From the NCBI GenBank assembly GCA_965226555.1, contig CBDDDG010000010.1, forward strand, positions 96,001-160,000: a DNA stretch of 64,000 nucleotides, written 5' to 3'. Below are positions 29,918-38,846 of this stretch, one piece after another. The translations under genes and the position numbers were made by a program. The first letter of the stretch is position 1; each line of letters opens with the position of its first letter. The notes beneath the pieces were generated by a model. The model saw only the letters and a list, made by a program, of their open reading frames with translations, searched no databases and was not told where the DNA came from. The stretch is from Salinispira sp. (GTDB lineage: Bacteria > Spirochaetota > Spirochaetia > DSM-27196 > Salinispiraceae).

Positions 29918-31151
29918 ACAGACCCCACTTTGACCTATTATGCGATCATTTCTTCCGAGTGCCAAGCCCTCCATCGCTCAAGCGTCGGCCGTGTGAGCCG
30001 TTGCTCCATTATGATCGGCTTGAGCCGGAGAATATCACTATCCACATCGGTATTCCGCTGCCTCAAAAGATCCAGCGGAGTCCCTTTGCGGTAGGTGTTG
30101 AACCGCCGGTAATTGAAATCTATCTGATACTCCTCGGCTTCCTTAAGAAACTCATTGAGCTTTGGATTCATCACCTGACTGTAGAACTCATCCTCAATGA
30201 GCCGGTGCGAGGACTCGACAGAACTGTTCCATGTGCAATGCCCGGGCGGAATACGCCGATACTCGACACCCGCCTGTATGAGCGCCTGCTCAAACCCCGA
30301 TGTTCGGGTTTTGCTCAGATGCCGAACGGTGAACTCTGCCCCGTTATCGGTCTGAACCGTTATGCCGTTGACAAGGTCTCCGCCGCGATTCCGCAGGTGC
30401 TCCAGCAGGTACTCGGCGAACAAGGTTGTTACCATACTGCTCTTCTCATTGGCAAAGGCGTACCACAGAGCCCCTGTCGCCCGATCCCGGGCAGTTATCT
30501 GGTACTTCGGAACGTCTAAACACTTCTGAGAAAACCGCATAGCGGGAATGTCCGTCAGATACTTGATATCAATCTGAATGCACTCGCCAAACTTCATCCT
30601 GTCGGTTACCTCCCGCAAATCTCTCTTGGGCCGCGCCTTCGGCTTCTTTGTTTTCCGCGCCCCTATCTGCTTTAGCGTCTTGATAATTGTCGGCAGGCTG
30701 TACTCCCCGCCAACTTCCGCCTTCAACTGCTTTTGCACCTGCGTTCCAATGATTTTGTTGTGATTCCGATTCTTGGTCTGGGCAAGACTCTCGAGATGAC
30801 ACCGGTGCCCGAATTTCATCTTCATCGGATGATTGGTCGTGCCCCGCTTTTTGTCTTCAAGCCCCTCGCCGGATTCAAAGCGCCGAACCCACCGCCGCAC
30901 CGTGTTGCGCGACACCTCGAACTCCCGAGCAGCCGCCTTGATCGAATGCTCCTGGGCATACCGAACCATCCGCAACCGCCAATCATACATCGAAGCCGCC
31001 TGATACTTCCGAGACTTGAGATGATACTGAGAATATGTGATACTACTGTTCACTGTTTCCCTCCTTTTATGTTTTATACAACCCCCAGTGTATACGAATA
31101 ACCTTCGTTTTACACTGGGGAGGAGGGGTCTGTCCAAAGGTTTATATCCCA
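29900..31151 (-). mobile_element. IS481-family insertion sequence, complete
   Basis: 27-bp imperfect TIRs (tgggatattaaggtttgaacagacccc / ggggtctgtccaaaggtttatatccca, 23/27 match); 15-bp TSD gatcggcaaaaaaag at 29885-29899 and 31152-31166. Confidence 0.9.
29938..31053 (-). CDS. IS481-family DDE transposase
   Basis: HTH AAREFEVSRNTVRRWVRRF; QIDIKY, QTDNGAEF, NSSVESSHRL; GTG start with SD AGGAGG. Confidence 0.9.
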   Translation of the reverse strand: MNSSITYSQYHLKSRKYQAASMYDWRLRMVRYAQEHSIKAAAREFEVSRNTVRRWVRRFESGEGLEDKKRGTTNHPMKMKFGHRCHLESLAQTKNRNHNKIIGTQVQKQLKAEVGGEYSLPTIIKTLKQIGARKTKKPKARPKRDLREVTDRMKFGECIQIDIKYLTDIPAMRFSQKCLDVPKYQITARDRATGALWYAFANEKSSMVTTLFAEYLLEHLRNRGGDLVNGITVQTDNGAEFTVRHLSKTRTSGFEQALIQAGVEYRRIPPGHCTWNSSVESSHRLIEDEFYSQVMNPKLNEFLKEAEEYQIDFNYRRFNTYRKGTPLDLLRQRNTDVDSDILRLKPIIMEQRLTRPTLERWRAWHSEEMIA

Positions 31152-31395
31152 GATCGGCAAAAAAAGTAACTGCAGAGCACTTATGGTTGAATTCGCACCC
31201 CCGAAATTTTTTTCTTGCACATGTTTTCTAAACCTGATACTATACTGCAACCGCAAAAATAATGGCGGGATCTGTCAGAATTTTTCTGATGGGTGGATTT
31301 TGTTGTTGACAGGTTTTGTGAGCGCAATTATACTGCTCATATACTTATGAGACCGTTGCCATGCAAAGGTTTCTATTACTGTAAGGAGTGAAAGT

Positions 31396-32871
31396 ATGAA
31401 AATTAAATTTATGGGGGGGGGGGTAACCCTTTTCATTCTCTGCTCAATGTTTATTGCATTGATATCGGGATGTCCAATGCCGGAACCCGAGCCAACCGCG
31501 CCGGGTACAATGGCTGCCCCAGACCTTAAAGCGGGGGATGAGGAACTCATTGCTACATGGACTGCGCCGGAAGATAACGGCGGCAGCCCCATTACCGGAT
31601 ATGAGCTGCAATATCGCACAGGCAGCGGAGAATGGACAGGAATGAGCTCTGGCATCGGCACAAATACAAGCCACAGCATTACAGGACTGACAAACGGCGC
31701 TGCCTACGAAGTACAGGTGCGCGCCGTCAATGCAATCGGCGCTGGCGACTGGTCGGAATCTGCCGCTGAAACCCCTGTCACCGTTCCTGACGCGCCGGCT
31801 GCCCCAACCCTTTATGCGGGCACTGGGCGGATCGTTGCGAGATGGACTGCGCCGGAAGATACCGGAGGGAGCGCCATTACCGGGTACGAATTGCAGTATC
31901 TTACAGGCGGCGGAGCATGGACGGAAATTAGCGAAGGCATTACTGGCACAGACCACTGCATTACCGGTCTGACAAACGGCATTGTCTACGGAGTACAGGC
32001 GCGCGCCGTCAATGTAATCGGCAAAGGACCTTGGTCTGCACCCGTAGCGGGAACGCCACTATTTTCTCCGAAACAAACTCCTTCGGGTACGGAAAAATCT
32101 ATAAACCTTCCGGTTGCTCAGAATGCTTTTACTAATGCCATTATTGCCAATGAGAACCTCAACGTTTTGTTGACTCCGGTGAAATCGGGTACCACTCTCA
32201 CGGTTGAAGAAGGAGACCTTAAAGTAACCCCCACAACTGCGCCCGCAGGAGTCACCATTCCGACAGTTGATGCGAATACTGGAATTGTTACGGTTACCGC
32301 AAGTACAACAGCCGGAACATATGTAGTATATGGCGAAACAGAAACTGGAAACATAGTCTTTGCAGAGTATTTCTCTGTTACTGAGAGTCCAACAACTAAC
32401 GCTGAACTGAAAGCAGCGGTAACTTCGGGAATATCAAACTGGGGCAATACTGCCGATTTCAACTACATTATTACCACTGCGGTAACGATTATGGCCCAAA
32501 TATTCAATGAAGCAAGCGAATTCAATGGTGATATCTCACTCTGGGATACCAGCTCGGTAACGAGTATGTTGGGGATGTTCAATGATGCAAGCGCATTCAA
32601 TGGCGATATCTCACTCTGGGATACTGGCGCGGTAACGGATATGAGCTGGATGTTCTATAAAGCAAGCGTATTTAATAGCAATATCTCGAAATGGGATGTT
32701 GGCGCGGTAACGATTATGAGCAATATGTTCAGGGATGCAAGCGCATTCAATCAGAATCTTGAGGAATGGAAGGATCATTGGACGCTTACTAATGGCAAAT
32801 ATACCGGAACGGCCACCCTGATGTTTAATTCTTCCGGCGTGACAACGCCTCCAACATGGTATAATAATTAG
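31396..32871 (+). CDS. Surface lipoprotein: 2 FN3 domains + 4 DUF285/BspA-like repeats; G11 tract in the signal peptide
   Basis: Lipobox LISGC; WTAPEDNGGSPITGYELQY..YEVQVRAVN; FNGDISLWDTxxVTxM repeats. Confidence 0.9.
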   Translation: MKIKFMGGGVTLFILCSMFIALISGCPMPEPEPTAPGTMAAPDLKAGDEELIATWTAPEDNGGSPITGYELQYRTGSGEWTGMSSGIGTNTSHSITGLTNGAAYEVQVRAVNAIGAGDWSESAAETPVTVPDAPAAPTLYAGTGRIVARWTAPEDTGGSAITGYELQYLTGGGAWTEISEGITGTDHCITGLTNGIVYGVQARAVNVIGKGPWSAPVAGTPLFSPKQTPSGTEKSINLPVAQNAFTNAIIANENLNVLLTPVKSGTTLTVEEGDLKVTPTTAPAGVTIPTVDANTGIVTVTASTTAGTYVVYGETETGNIVFAEYFSVTESPTTNAELKAAVTSGISNWGNTADFNYIITTAVTIMAQIFNEASEFNGDISLWDTSSVTSMLGMFNDASAFNGDISLWDTGAVTDMSWMFYKASVFNSNISKWDVGAVTIMSNMFRDASAFNQNLEEWKDHWTLTNGKYTGTATLMFNSSGVTTPPTWYNN

Positions 32872-32881
32872 TAGCGGCCAG

Positions 32882-32911
32882 CCCTGCGCCTCAACTCCGG
32901 CAGGCGCGGGG
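32882..32911 (+). terminator. GC-rich hairpin after the lipoprotein gene
   Basis: ccctgcgcct...aggcgcgggg; no U-tract. Confidence 0.4.
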
Positions 32912-32952
32912 GGAGAGAGTTCTTCCCGCGCAAGCTTATATCATGCTACATT

Positions 32953-33249
32953 ATGTATATGCCAAAACTTCATGATCTCTGTCAGCAGTTCTGGGAAGAA
33001 ATCACCATTACCCGAAATCATCCACAGAGCTATCCGCCGGAATTCATTATTGCGCAGGCGCATCGCTATATGGCAGAATCCGAGCGGGCGCGGGCTGGGC
33101 AGCGTGATGGCGCTGAGCAGCCGGATGGACAGCGTGCCGACATTATTGCACAGCATCTGGCAATCATCGCAGATGAAATGGACATTACACACTGCTCATC
33201 CGCCAATCTTTCTCAGCTAATTGAGAGCTTCTTCGGAAAAAAGACATAA
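32953..33249 (+). CDS. Hypothetical protein
   Basis: 98-aa ORF filling the gap between convergent genes; no motif recognised. Confidence 0.5.
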   Translation: MYMPKLHDLCQQFWEEITITRNHPQSYPPEFIIAQAHRYMAESERARAGQRDGAEQPDGQRADIIAQHLAIIADEMDITHCSSANLSQLIESFFGKKT

Positions 33250-33313
33250 CCCCAAGACATTATTACAGGCATGAAGCTACCGCCCCACCCGGAATGTGCG
33301 CTGGGTTATTGGT

Positions 33314-34672
33314 CTATTGCTCCGCCGGAATGAGGCGGTAGAGGGCGCCGGCGCGTTCATCGGTGAGGAGGTAGATGTAGCCTGCGCTATCTACTCTGAC
33401 ATCCCGAACTCTGCCGATAACAGATGAGAGCATCTGTTCTTCTTCAGCCCGGTCCTTGAGCGGCCATCCTGATGCATTTTCCCAATTTTCCGGCAACTCT
33501 ATTCTTCTCAGATGCCTTCCGGCAAGCGCCCCCACAAAGAGCTGATTACTCCAGCCGCCGCCGTGGTCGCCATCGCTTCTGCCGCCGTGCTCGCCTCCGC
33601 CGACATCGCCGCCCCGGGCAAAAACGCCGGTTTCGGGGTAGACTGCGAAGCCGCTTGGCGCAATGGAGGGCGTCCAGTAAACGACAGGCTCCACAATGCC
33701 CGGCAGGCTTTGGTAGTTACTCACCTTGCTGCCATCGTAATTAATGCCGTAGCTGACCCGCGGCCAGCCGTAGTTGGCATTCGGTATAATGAGGTTGATT
33801 TCATCGCCGCCGCGGGGACCATGCTCATGCGCCATAATTCTGCCCGCTCCGGGGTGGTAGACCATGCCCTGTATGTTGCGATGCCCGTAGCTGTAGTTCT
33901 CCGGCGCGCCTGCGGGCAGACCGGCCGCAGTGAGTGGAATGCGGACAATACCCCCCGCGGCATCTCTGCGATCCTGCGCCCGTTCCCGATCTCCCCGATC
34001 GCCCACACTCACGAAGAGATTCCCCTCGGGGTCAATAACTAGGCGGCTTCCAAAGTGAATGAACTGCTGCGTTGTTTTTTCAAGCGAAAATATGAGCCGG
34101 ACATTGCTCAGGCGCATATTCGCCCGGTCGAAAATGGCAGTGTAGACAGCAGTTCCCGACAGCGCTCTCTCATCAAGAAATGCGGTCGAAAAATACAGAC
34201 GGAAATTCCGGGCAAAATGAGGGGAAAGAACAATATCAAGCAGCCCCCCCTGCCCCGCTGCCGATACCGCAGGAAGTCCGGAAACTCTGCGAACACGCGC
34301 CTCACCCCCCGCGCCCGGCCGGGGAAGATTACTGACAAACAAAAGTTCACCCGATCGGATGCTAACAAAGGCCTCCCGCGGGGTCACATTCTGCACCCAT
34401 CCTCCGGCAGATGGCGCCGAATCAGCCGAATCAACAAAAGCAGAGCCAGAGCCAGAAGCAGCCGAATCAACAAGGGCAAGGCTCCAGGGAAACGTAAGCC
34501 CCGGTACGAGGGTCTCAACGTGGTAATTAACACCGCCCGAACGATGCATCTGTAATGTCTTCTGGGGTGTCGTTTGGGGCGTCGTTTGGGCCTGCGCGCC
34601 GGGCGCGACTATGATCATGAGAAGCAGCGCAAGCAGGAGCGCGCTATGTGGAAATATCTGAAACTTTTGCAT
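33314..34672 (-). CDS. PQQ-dependent sugar dehydrogenase (GSDH/YliI family), secreted
   Basis: PWSLA, GQGGLLDI, HFGSRL, SYGHRNIQG, EHGPRGGDEIN, NYGWP, SIAPSG, GRVRDV; signal peptide follows MQKF. Confidence 0.92.
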   Translation of the reverse strand: MQKFQIFPHSALLLALLLMIIVAPGAQAQTTPQTTPQKTLQMHRSGGVNYHVETLVPGLTFPWSLALVDSAASGSGSAFVDSADSAPSAGGWVQNVTPREAFVSIRSGELLFVSNLPRPGAGGEARVRRVSGLPAVSAAGQGGLLDIVLSPHFARNFRLYFSTAFLDERALSGTAVYTAIFDRANMRLSNVRLIFSLEKTTQQFIHFGSRLVIDPEGNLFVSVGDRGDRERAQDRRDAAGGIVRIPLTAAGLPAGAPENYSYGHRNIQGMVYHPGAGRIMAHEHGPRGGDEINLIIPNANYGWPRVSYGINYDGSKVSNYQSLPGIVEPVVYWTPSIAPSGFAVYPETGVFARGGDVGGGEHGGRSDGDHGGGWSNQLFVGALAGRHLRRIELPENWENASGWPLKDRAEEEQMLSSVIGRVRDVRVDSAGYIYLLTDERAGALYRLIPAEQ

Positions 34673-34697
34673 AATCGTACAGTCCTTTCCGGCACAT

Positions 34698-34856
34698 CTA
34701 GTCCAACAGATCAAAAAATGATTTATCCTGATAGCATATCGGACAGGTCCAGTCCTCGGGGAGTTCTTCAAAGGCAGTGCCTTCTTCAATTCCTCCCTCA
34801 GGGTCTCCCGTCTCAGGGTCATAAATATAACCGCAGTTTGAACAAATATAACGCAT
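34698..34856 (-). CDS. Rubredoxin (52 aa, below the ORF-track cutoff)
   Basis: [52 protein letters not shown]: CxxC and CPxC motifs. Confidence 0.95.
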   Translation of the reverse strand: MRYICSNCGYIYDPETGDPEGGIEEGTAFEELPEDWTCPICYQDKSFFDLLD

Positions 34857-34917
34857 TTTTTCACCACTCCCTGATCTGTTGAAAACCCCGCCCGGGTACC
34901 CGCCGTTGTCGCCATGC

Positions 34918-34976
34918 CCGGAACATCACCCAACATTCCGGAACATCACCCACATTCCGAAACATCACCCAACATT
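34918..34976. repeat. Three tandem 19-20-bp copies of the metH 3' end
   Basis: ccggaacatcacccaacatt x3 with minor variation. Confidence 0.85.
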
Positions 34977-37900
34977 AAAGTACTTTGCCTGCGGATGATG
35001 TGCCACAAAGGCGCTGGTTGTCTGCTCGGGAACCATCTGTTCCTCTTCACTCACGGTAACACCAATGCGGCCGCTTTCCAAGAGCTCGCAGAGCAGGCGG
35101 TTCTGGTCGAGGTCGGGGCAGGCCGGATAGCCGAAGCTGTAACGGCTGCCGCGGTATTTCTGAATAACAAAGTCGCTGATGCCGGTGCCGTCATCCTCGC
35201 GAATGTTCAGCTCCCCCCGCACGCGCCAATGCCAGTACTCCGCCAGCGCCTCGGCAGTTTCCACACTCAGACCATGAAAAAGCAGATAATCCTTGTATGC
35301 CCCCTCCCCGTAGAGCCGCTGGCTGTGCTCGTGGGCGGCCATGCCGACCGTTGCAATTTGGAGCGCAATAACATCGCGGCGCCCGCTGTCCGCGGGCAGA
35401 AAATAATCGGCAATGCACTGCCGGGGCGCCGCCGGCTGCCGCGGGTAGGAGAAGCGGGCGATCTCCCTGCCGCTGTCGGGATGGTACATCACAACATCGT
35501 TCCCCTCGCTGTTACATTGAAAATATCCGTACATAACACGGGGCTGGAGAAGGCCTTCGGTGCGTGAGCGCGCTTTGAGTTCCTCGAACTCGGGGCGGAC
35601 AGTGTCGCGGATGAGCGCCTCATATTCTTCCTTCGAGAGCTTTCCCCGGCGGTATCCCCAGCGTCCTCTGAAAAGCACCTCTTCGGTAAGGAGGGGGTAG
35701 ACATCGTCAAGATCAATGTTCTCTGCCATGCGTATTCCCCAGAAGGGCGGCTCGGGAATTTTAACAGATCGATCGATGTCGATACGTTCCGGCGCATGTT
35801 TTTCCATACGCGGACGGGGCGGAGGACGCTGCGCGCGGCGCTGATGCTCGGCCTGAACATAGTCGGTCAGGGTATTCCCCTTAATAAGATTCATGGTCCT
35901 CAGCCCATCGAAGGCATCGGCGCAATACACAACCGGCCCATCGCTCAGCTTTGAACAAATATCCCATACGTAGGCAGGAGTAAGCGCCGCTCCGCCGAGC
36001 AAAACCGGCAGGCGGCAGTCCCGCCTCTGCAGCTCAGTCAGATTTTCGCGCATAATAACAGTCGATTTAACCAGAAGACCGCTCATCCCAATGGCATCGG
36101 CTCCGACCTCTCTGGCCTTTCTGATGATCGTGTCTATCTCACACTTAATACCAAGATTGTACACCTTGAACCCATTGTTGCTCAGAATGATATCAACCAA
36201 ATTCTTACCAATGTCATGAACATCTCCCCGAACAGTCGCCAAAACAATGCTGAGCTGCTCATCTGCCGATTTTTTCTCCATGTAGGGCTCAAGAATATCG
36301 ACCGAATGTTTCATAACCTCGGCAGATTGGAGCACAAATGGAAGCTGCATGCGCCCGTCCCCAAAGAGATCGCCGACAATTTTCATGGCCGGTATGAGCA
36401 TCTCATTGAGAATCGCAATGGGGTTATATGTCTCCAAAGCTTCATGGAGCATCTCATCCATCTGCATTTTCGATCCCTGAATAACCCGCTTCTGTATTAG
36501 CTCTTCGAGGGGGATATCGGCTGCGTCATCTTCTTCCCGGGCCTCTTCTCCCGATTTCTCATCGAAGTGCGCAATGAACTGGAAAAGCGCATTATCTCCG
36601 GATGGAGCATCTTCCGAAGTATTTTTTGTGTTGGCAATGAGATTCTTTGCAGCCTGAATGTCGGCATCTTCCAGATTGGCAAGAGCGATAATGTGCCGCA
36701 GATTAACGATGGCCATATCCAGCCCCGCCTCAACGGCCTCTGCCAGAAATACCGAGTTCAAAACCCTGCGGCTGGCAGCATTCAGACCAAAGCTGACATT
36801 ACTCAGCCCCAGCACGGTTCGTACGCCGGGTATTTCCGCCTTAATGCGCCGGATGCCTTCGAGGGTCTCAAGGGCAGAGGTCATCATGCTCTCATCGCCC
36901 GATGCGAGGGTAAAGGTGAGCGGATCAAAAATGATATCGCCCGGGCGCAGTCCGTGGCGGTGGACGGCAATGTCGAAAATGCGCTTTGCAACGGCAACCT
37001 TGCGCTCCACGGTTTTCGCCATGCCCTGTTCGTCTATTGTGAGGGCAATGAGAACGGCTCCATAGCGCCGGGCAAGGCGGCAGATGTTGTCTGCCCGTTC
37101 CTCGCCGTCCTCCAAATTGATGGAATTGATAATGGCGCGTCCGCCGTACAGCTGGAGCGCCTGCTCCATAACCGGCAGTTCGGTACTGTCGATGACAAGC
37201 GGAAGCGGAATTTGCGTTACAAAGCGGCTGAGGGTCTCCCGCATATCCCGAACCTCATCTCTGCCGGTATAGGCGACACAAAGATCAAGCGCGTGAACAC
37301 CGCTCTGTACCTGTTCCCGGGCAACATCGACCAGCGCATCCCAATTTTCATTGAGAAGAAATTCACGGAATTTTTTGCTGCCGTTTGTATTGGTTCTCTC
37401 TCCTATAAAAAAGGCTGAAAGTTCCTGACTAAGGTTTGCCGCGCTGAAGATACTGGCAACTGAATCGGGAAATGAGGGATTGCGCTCAGCAGGCGCAAGT
37501 CCCTCCGCTCCGCCTTCTCTGTCTTCTCCGTCTTCAGAGGACTGGCTGATCGCCTGATGAAGCGCCTTAATGAATGGCGGTCTGACTCCGCAGCAGCCCC
37601 CGACAAGGGTAACACCGTCATCTCTGATGAATCCTGTCATCTGCTCAACATAGTCATTGAGCGGCAGTGTATATACCATATTGCCGTCAACATTCTGCGG
37701 CAGGCCTGCATTCGGCTGCACCAAAATGGGGAGTGGACTGATGCGGCTGAGTTGGGAAATGTATGCCTTCATTTCATCGGGGCCGGTCGCGCAGTTCATG
37801 CCGATGGCATCTACCCCAAGCGGCTGAACAGCAGCAAAGGCTGCCGCTACCTCTGTGCCCACTAGGAGCGTTCCGCTCGTCTCAACGGTGAAGGTCACCA

Positions 37901-38468
37901 ACAAAGGAACAAAGCGCTGCTGCGCCTCCATCTCATCCTGGGACGCAAGAACCGCGCACTTTATCTGCAGCGGATCCTGGCAGGTCTCAATAAGAAGGGC
38001 ATCTACCCCGCCCTCAAGCAGACCGCCGGCGTGATCGCGGTAGGCGCTGTACATGGAAGGCCAGTCGGTATGCCCGAGGCTGATGATCTTGGTACCCGGC
38101 CCAATTGAGCCTGCCGCAAAACGGGGTGTGCTGCCGCCCGCTCCATCTCCGCTGCTGTGGGCATCTATTGCGGCTCGGGCAATGTCTGCCGAAAGACGGC
38201 TAATCTCCCGGGCTCGTTCGGCAATGTTATATTCTGCCAGAACAATGGCATTGGAACCAAAGCTGTTCGTTTCAATGACATCGCTGCCCGCAGCAAGATA
38301 CGATTCATGTATGCCCCGAATTTTTTCCGGCGCGCTCACGTTCAGAATTTCACTGCAGCCGAGCAGTCCCAGATACTCTTCCGGCGACGGATCCAGTTCA
38401 TGAATTTCCGTGCCCATGGGGCCGTCAAAGAGGGTAATTCCTGTCTCAATGCGTTTACTGAAGGTCAT
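34965..38468 (-). CDS. metH: Cobalamin-dependent methionine synthase
   Basis: DGPMGT, NCATGP, PNAGLP, GGCCG, IGERTN, GDVHDIGKNLV, SFGYPACP, AKYF. Confidence 0.97.
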   Translation of the reverse strand: MTFSKRIETGITLFDGPMGTEIHELDPSPEEYLGLLGCSEILNVSAPEKIRGIHESYLAAGSDVIETNSFGSNAIVLAEYNIAERAREISRLSADIARAAIDAHSSGDGAGGSTPRFAAGSIGPGTKIISLGHTDWPSMYSAYRDHAGGLLEGGVDALLIETCQDPLQIKCAVLASQDEMEAQQRFVPLLVTFTVETSGTLLVGTEVAAAFAAVQPLGVDAIGMNCATGPDEMKAYISQLSRISPLPILVQPNAGLPQNVDGNMVYTLPLNDYVEQMTGFIRDDGVTLVGGCCGVRPPFIKALHQAISQSSEDGEDREGGAEGLAPAERNPSFPDSVASIFSAANLSQELSAFFIGERTNTNGSKKFREFLLNENWDALVDVAREQVQSGVHALDLCVAYTGRDEVRDMRETLSRFVTQIPLPLVIDSTELPVMEQALQLYGGRAIINSINLEDGEERADNICRLARRYGAVLIALTIDEQGMAKTVERKVAVAKRIFDIAVHRHGLRPGDIIFDPLTFTLASGDESMMTSALETLEGIRRIKAEIPGVRTVLGLSNVSFGLNAASRRVLNSVFLAEAVEAGLDMAIVNLRHIIALANLEDADIQAAKNLIANTKNTSEDAPSGDNALFQFIAHFDEKSGEEAREEDDAADIPLEELIQKRVIQGSKMQMDEMLHEALETYNPIAILNEMLIPAMKIVGDLFGDGRMQLPFVLQSAEVMKHSVDILEPYMEKKSADEQLSIVLATVRGDVHDIGKNLVDIILSNNGFKVYNLGIKCEIDTIIRKAREVGADAIGMSGLLVKSTVIMRENLTELQRRDCRLPVLLGGAALTPAYVWDICSKLSDGPVVYCADAFDGLRTMNLIKGNTLTDYVQAEHQRRAQRPPPRPRMEKHAPERIDIDRSVKIPEPPFWGIRMAENIDLDDVYPLLTEEVLFRGRWGYRRGKLSKEEYEALIRDTVRPEFEELKARSRTEGLLQPRVMYGYFQCNSEGNDVVMYHPDSGREIARFSYPRQPAAPRQCIADYFLPADSGRRDVIALQIATVGMAAHEHSQRLYGEGAYKDYLLFHGLSVETAEALAEYWHWRVRGELNIREDDGTGISDFVIQKYRGSRYSFGYPACPDLDQNRLLCELLESGRIGVTVSEEEQMVPEQTTSAFVAHHPQAKYFNVG

Positions 38469-38489
38469 CCTGCAATTCCTGTTCCGGTA

Positions 38490-38846
38490 TTATTCCCGGA
38501 CATTAGCCCGGATGTCGGGAATATCTGCGGGGTTTTCCTGTTTTTCTGCTTCTGCTTCTGAATTTCCCGGCCCCCGGTAAAAACGGCGATACGCGCCCAC
38601 GAGCTCAGGTATACTGCCGCGCTCCGGCACCGGGTCATCACCCATGGCAAACCAACTCCAGCAACGAAGTATTCTTCCCAATCCAAGAACAATACCCCTG
38701 AGTATGCCATGTGTCAACATTGCCCTCCGGCAATACTCGGAACAGCTCGGATAATAACGGCAGCGCCGGGGAAACAGCGGAGAGATGATCCGCTGATACA
38801 GGATGATCGGAAAGGTTAATATACGGCGGAAAATCGGAAATGCCAT
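38490..38846 (-). CDS. yidD: Membrane protein insertion efficiency factor
   Basis: YQRIISP, CRYYPSCSEY, RILRC, GDDPVP. Confidence 0.92.
   Translation of the reverse strand: MAFPIFRRILTFPIILYQRIISPLFPRRCRYYPSCSEYCRRAMLTHGILRGIVLGLGRILRCWSWFAMGDDPVPERGSIPELVGAYRRFYRGPGNSEAEAEKQENPADIPDIRANVRE

Noticed and set aside
29909..31142. Alternative IS481 boundaries 29915-31136 with a 6-bp TSD AAGGTT
   Set aside because: The inverted repeat extends 15 bp further on both sides, a perfect 15-bp direct repeat lies outside it, and solo ends elsewhere include the outer part
34673..34936. N-terminal extensions of ORF-track calls (also 8725, 15084, 21311, 48968, 50725, 50796, 56953)
   Set aside because: They run through the rubredoxin gene, palindromic repeats or IS remnants; downstream starts fit SD sites and family N-termini better
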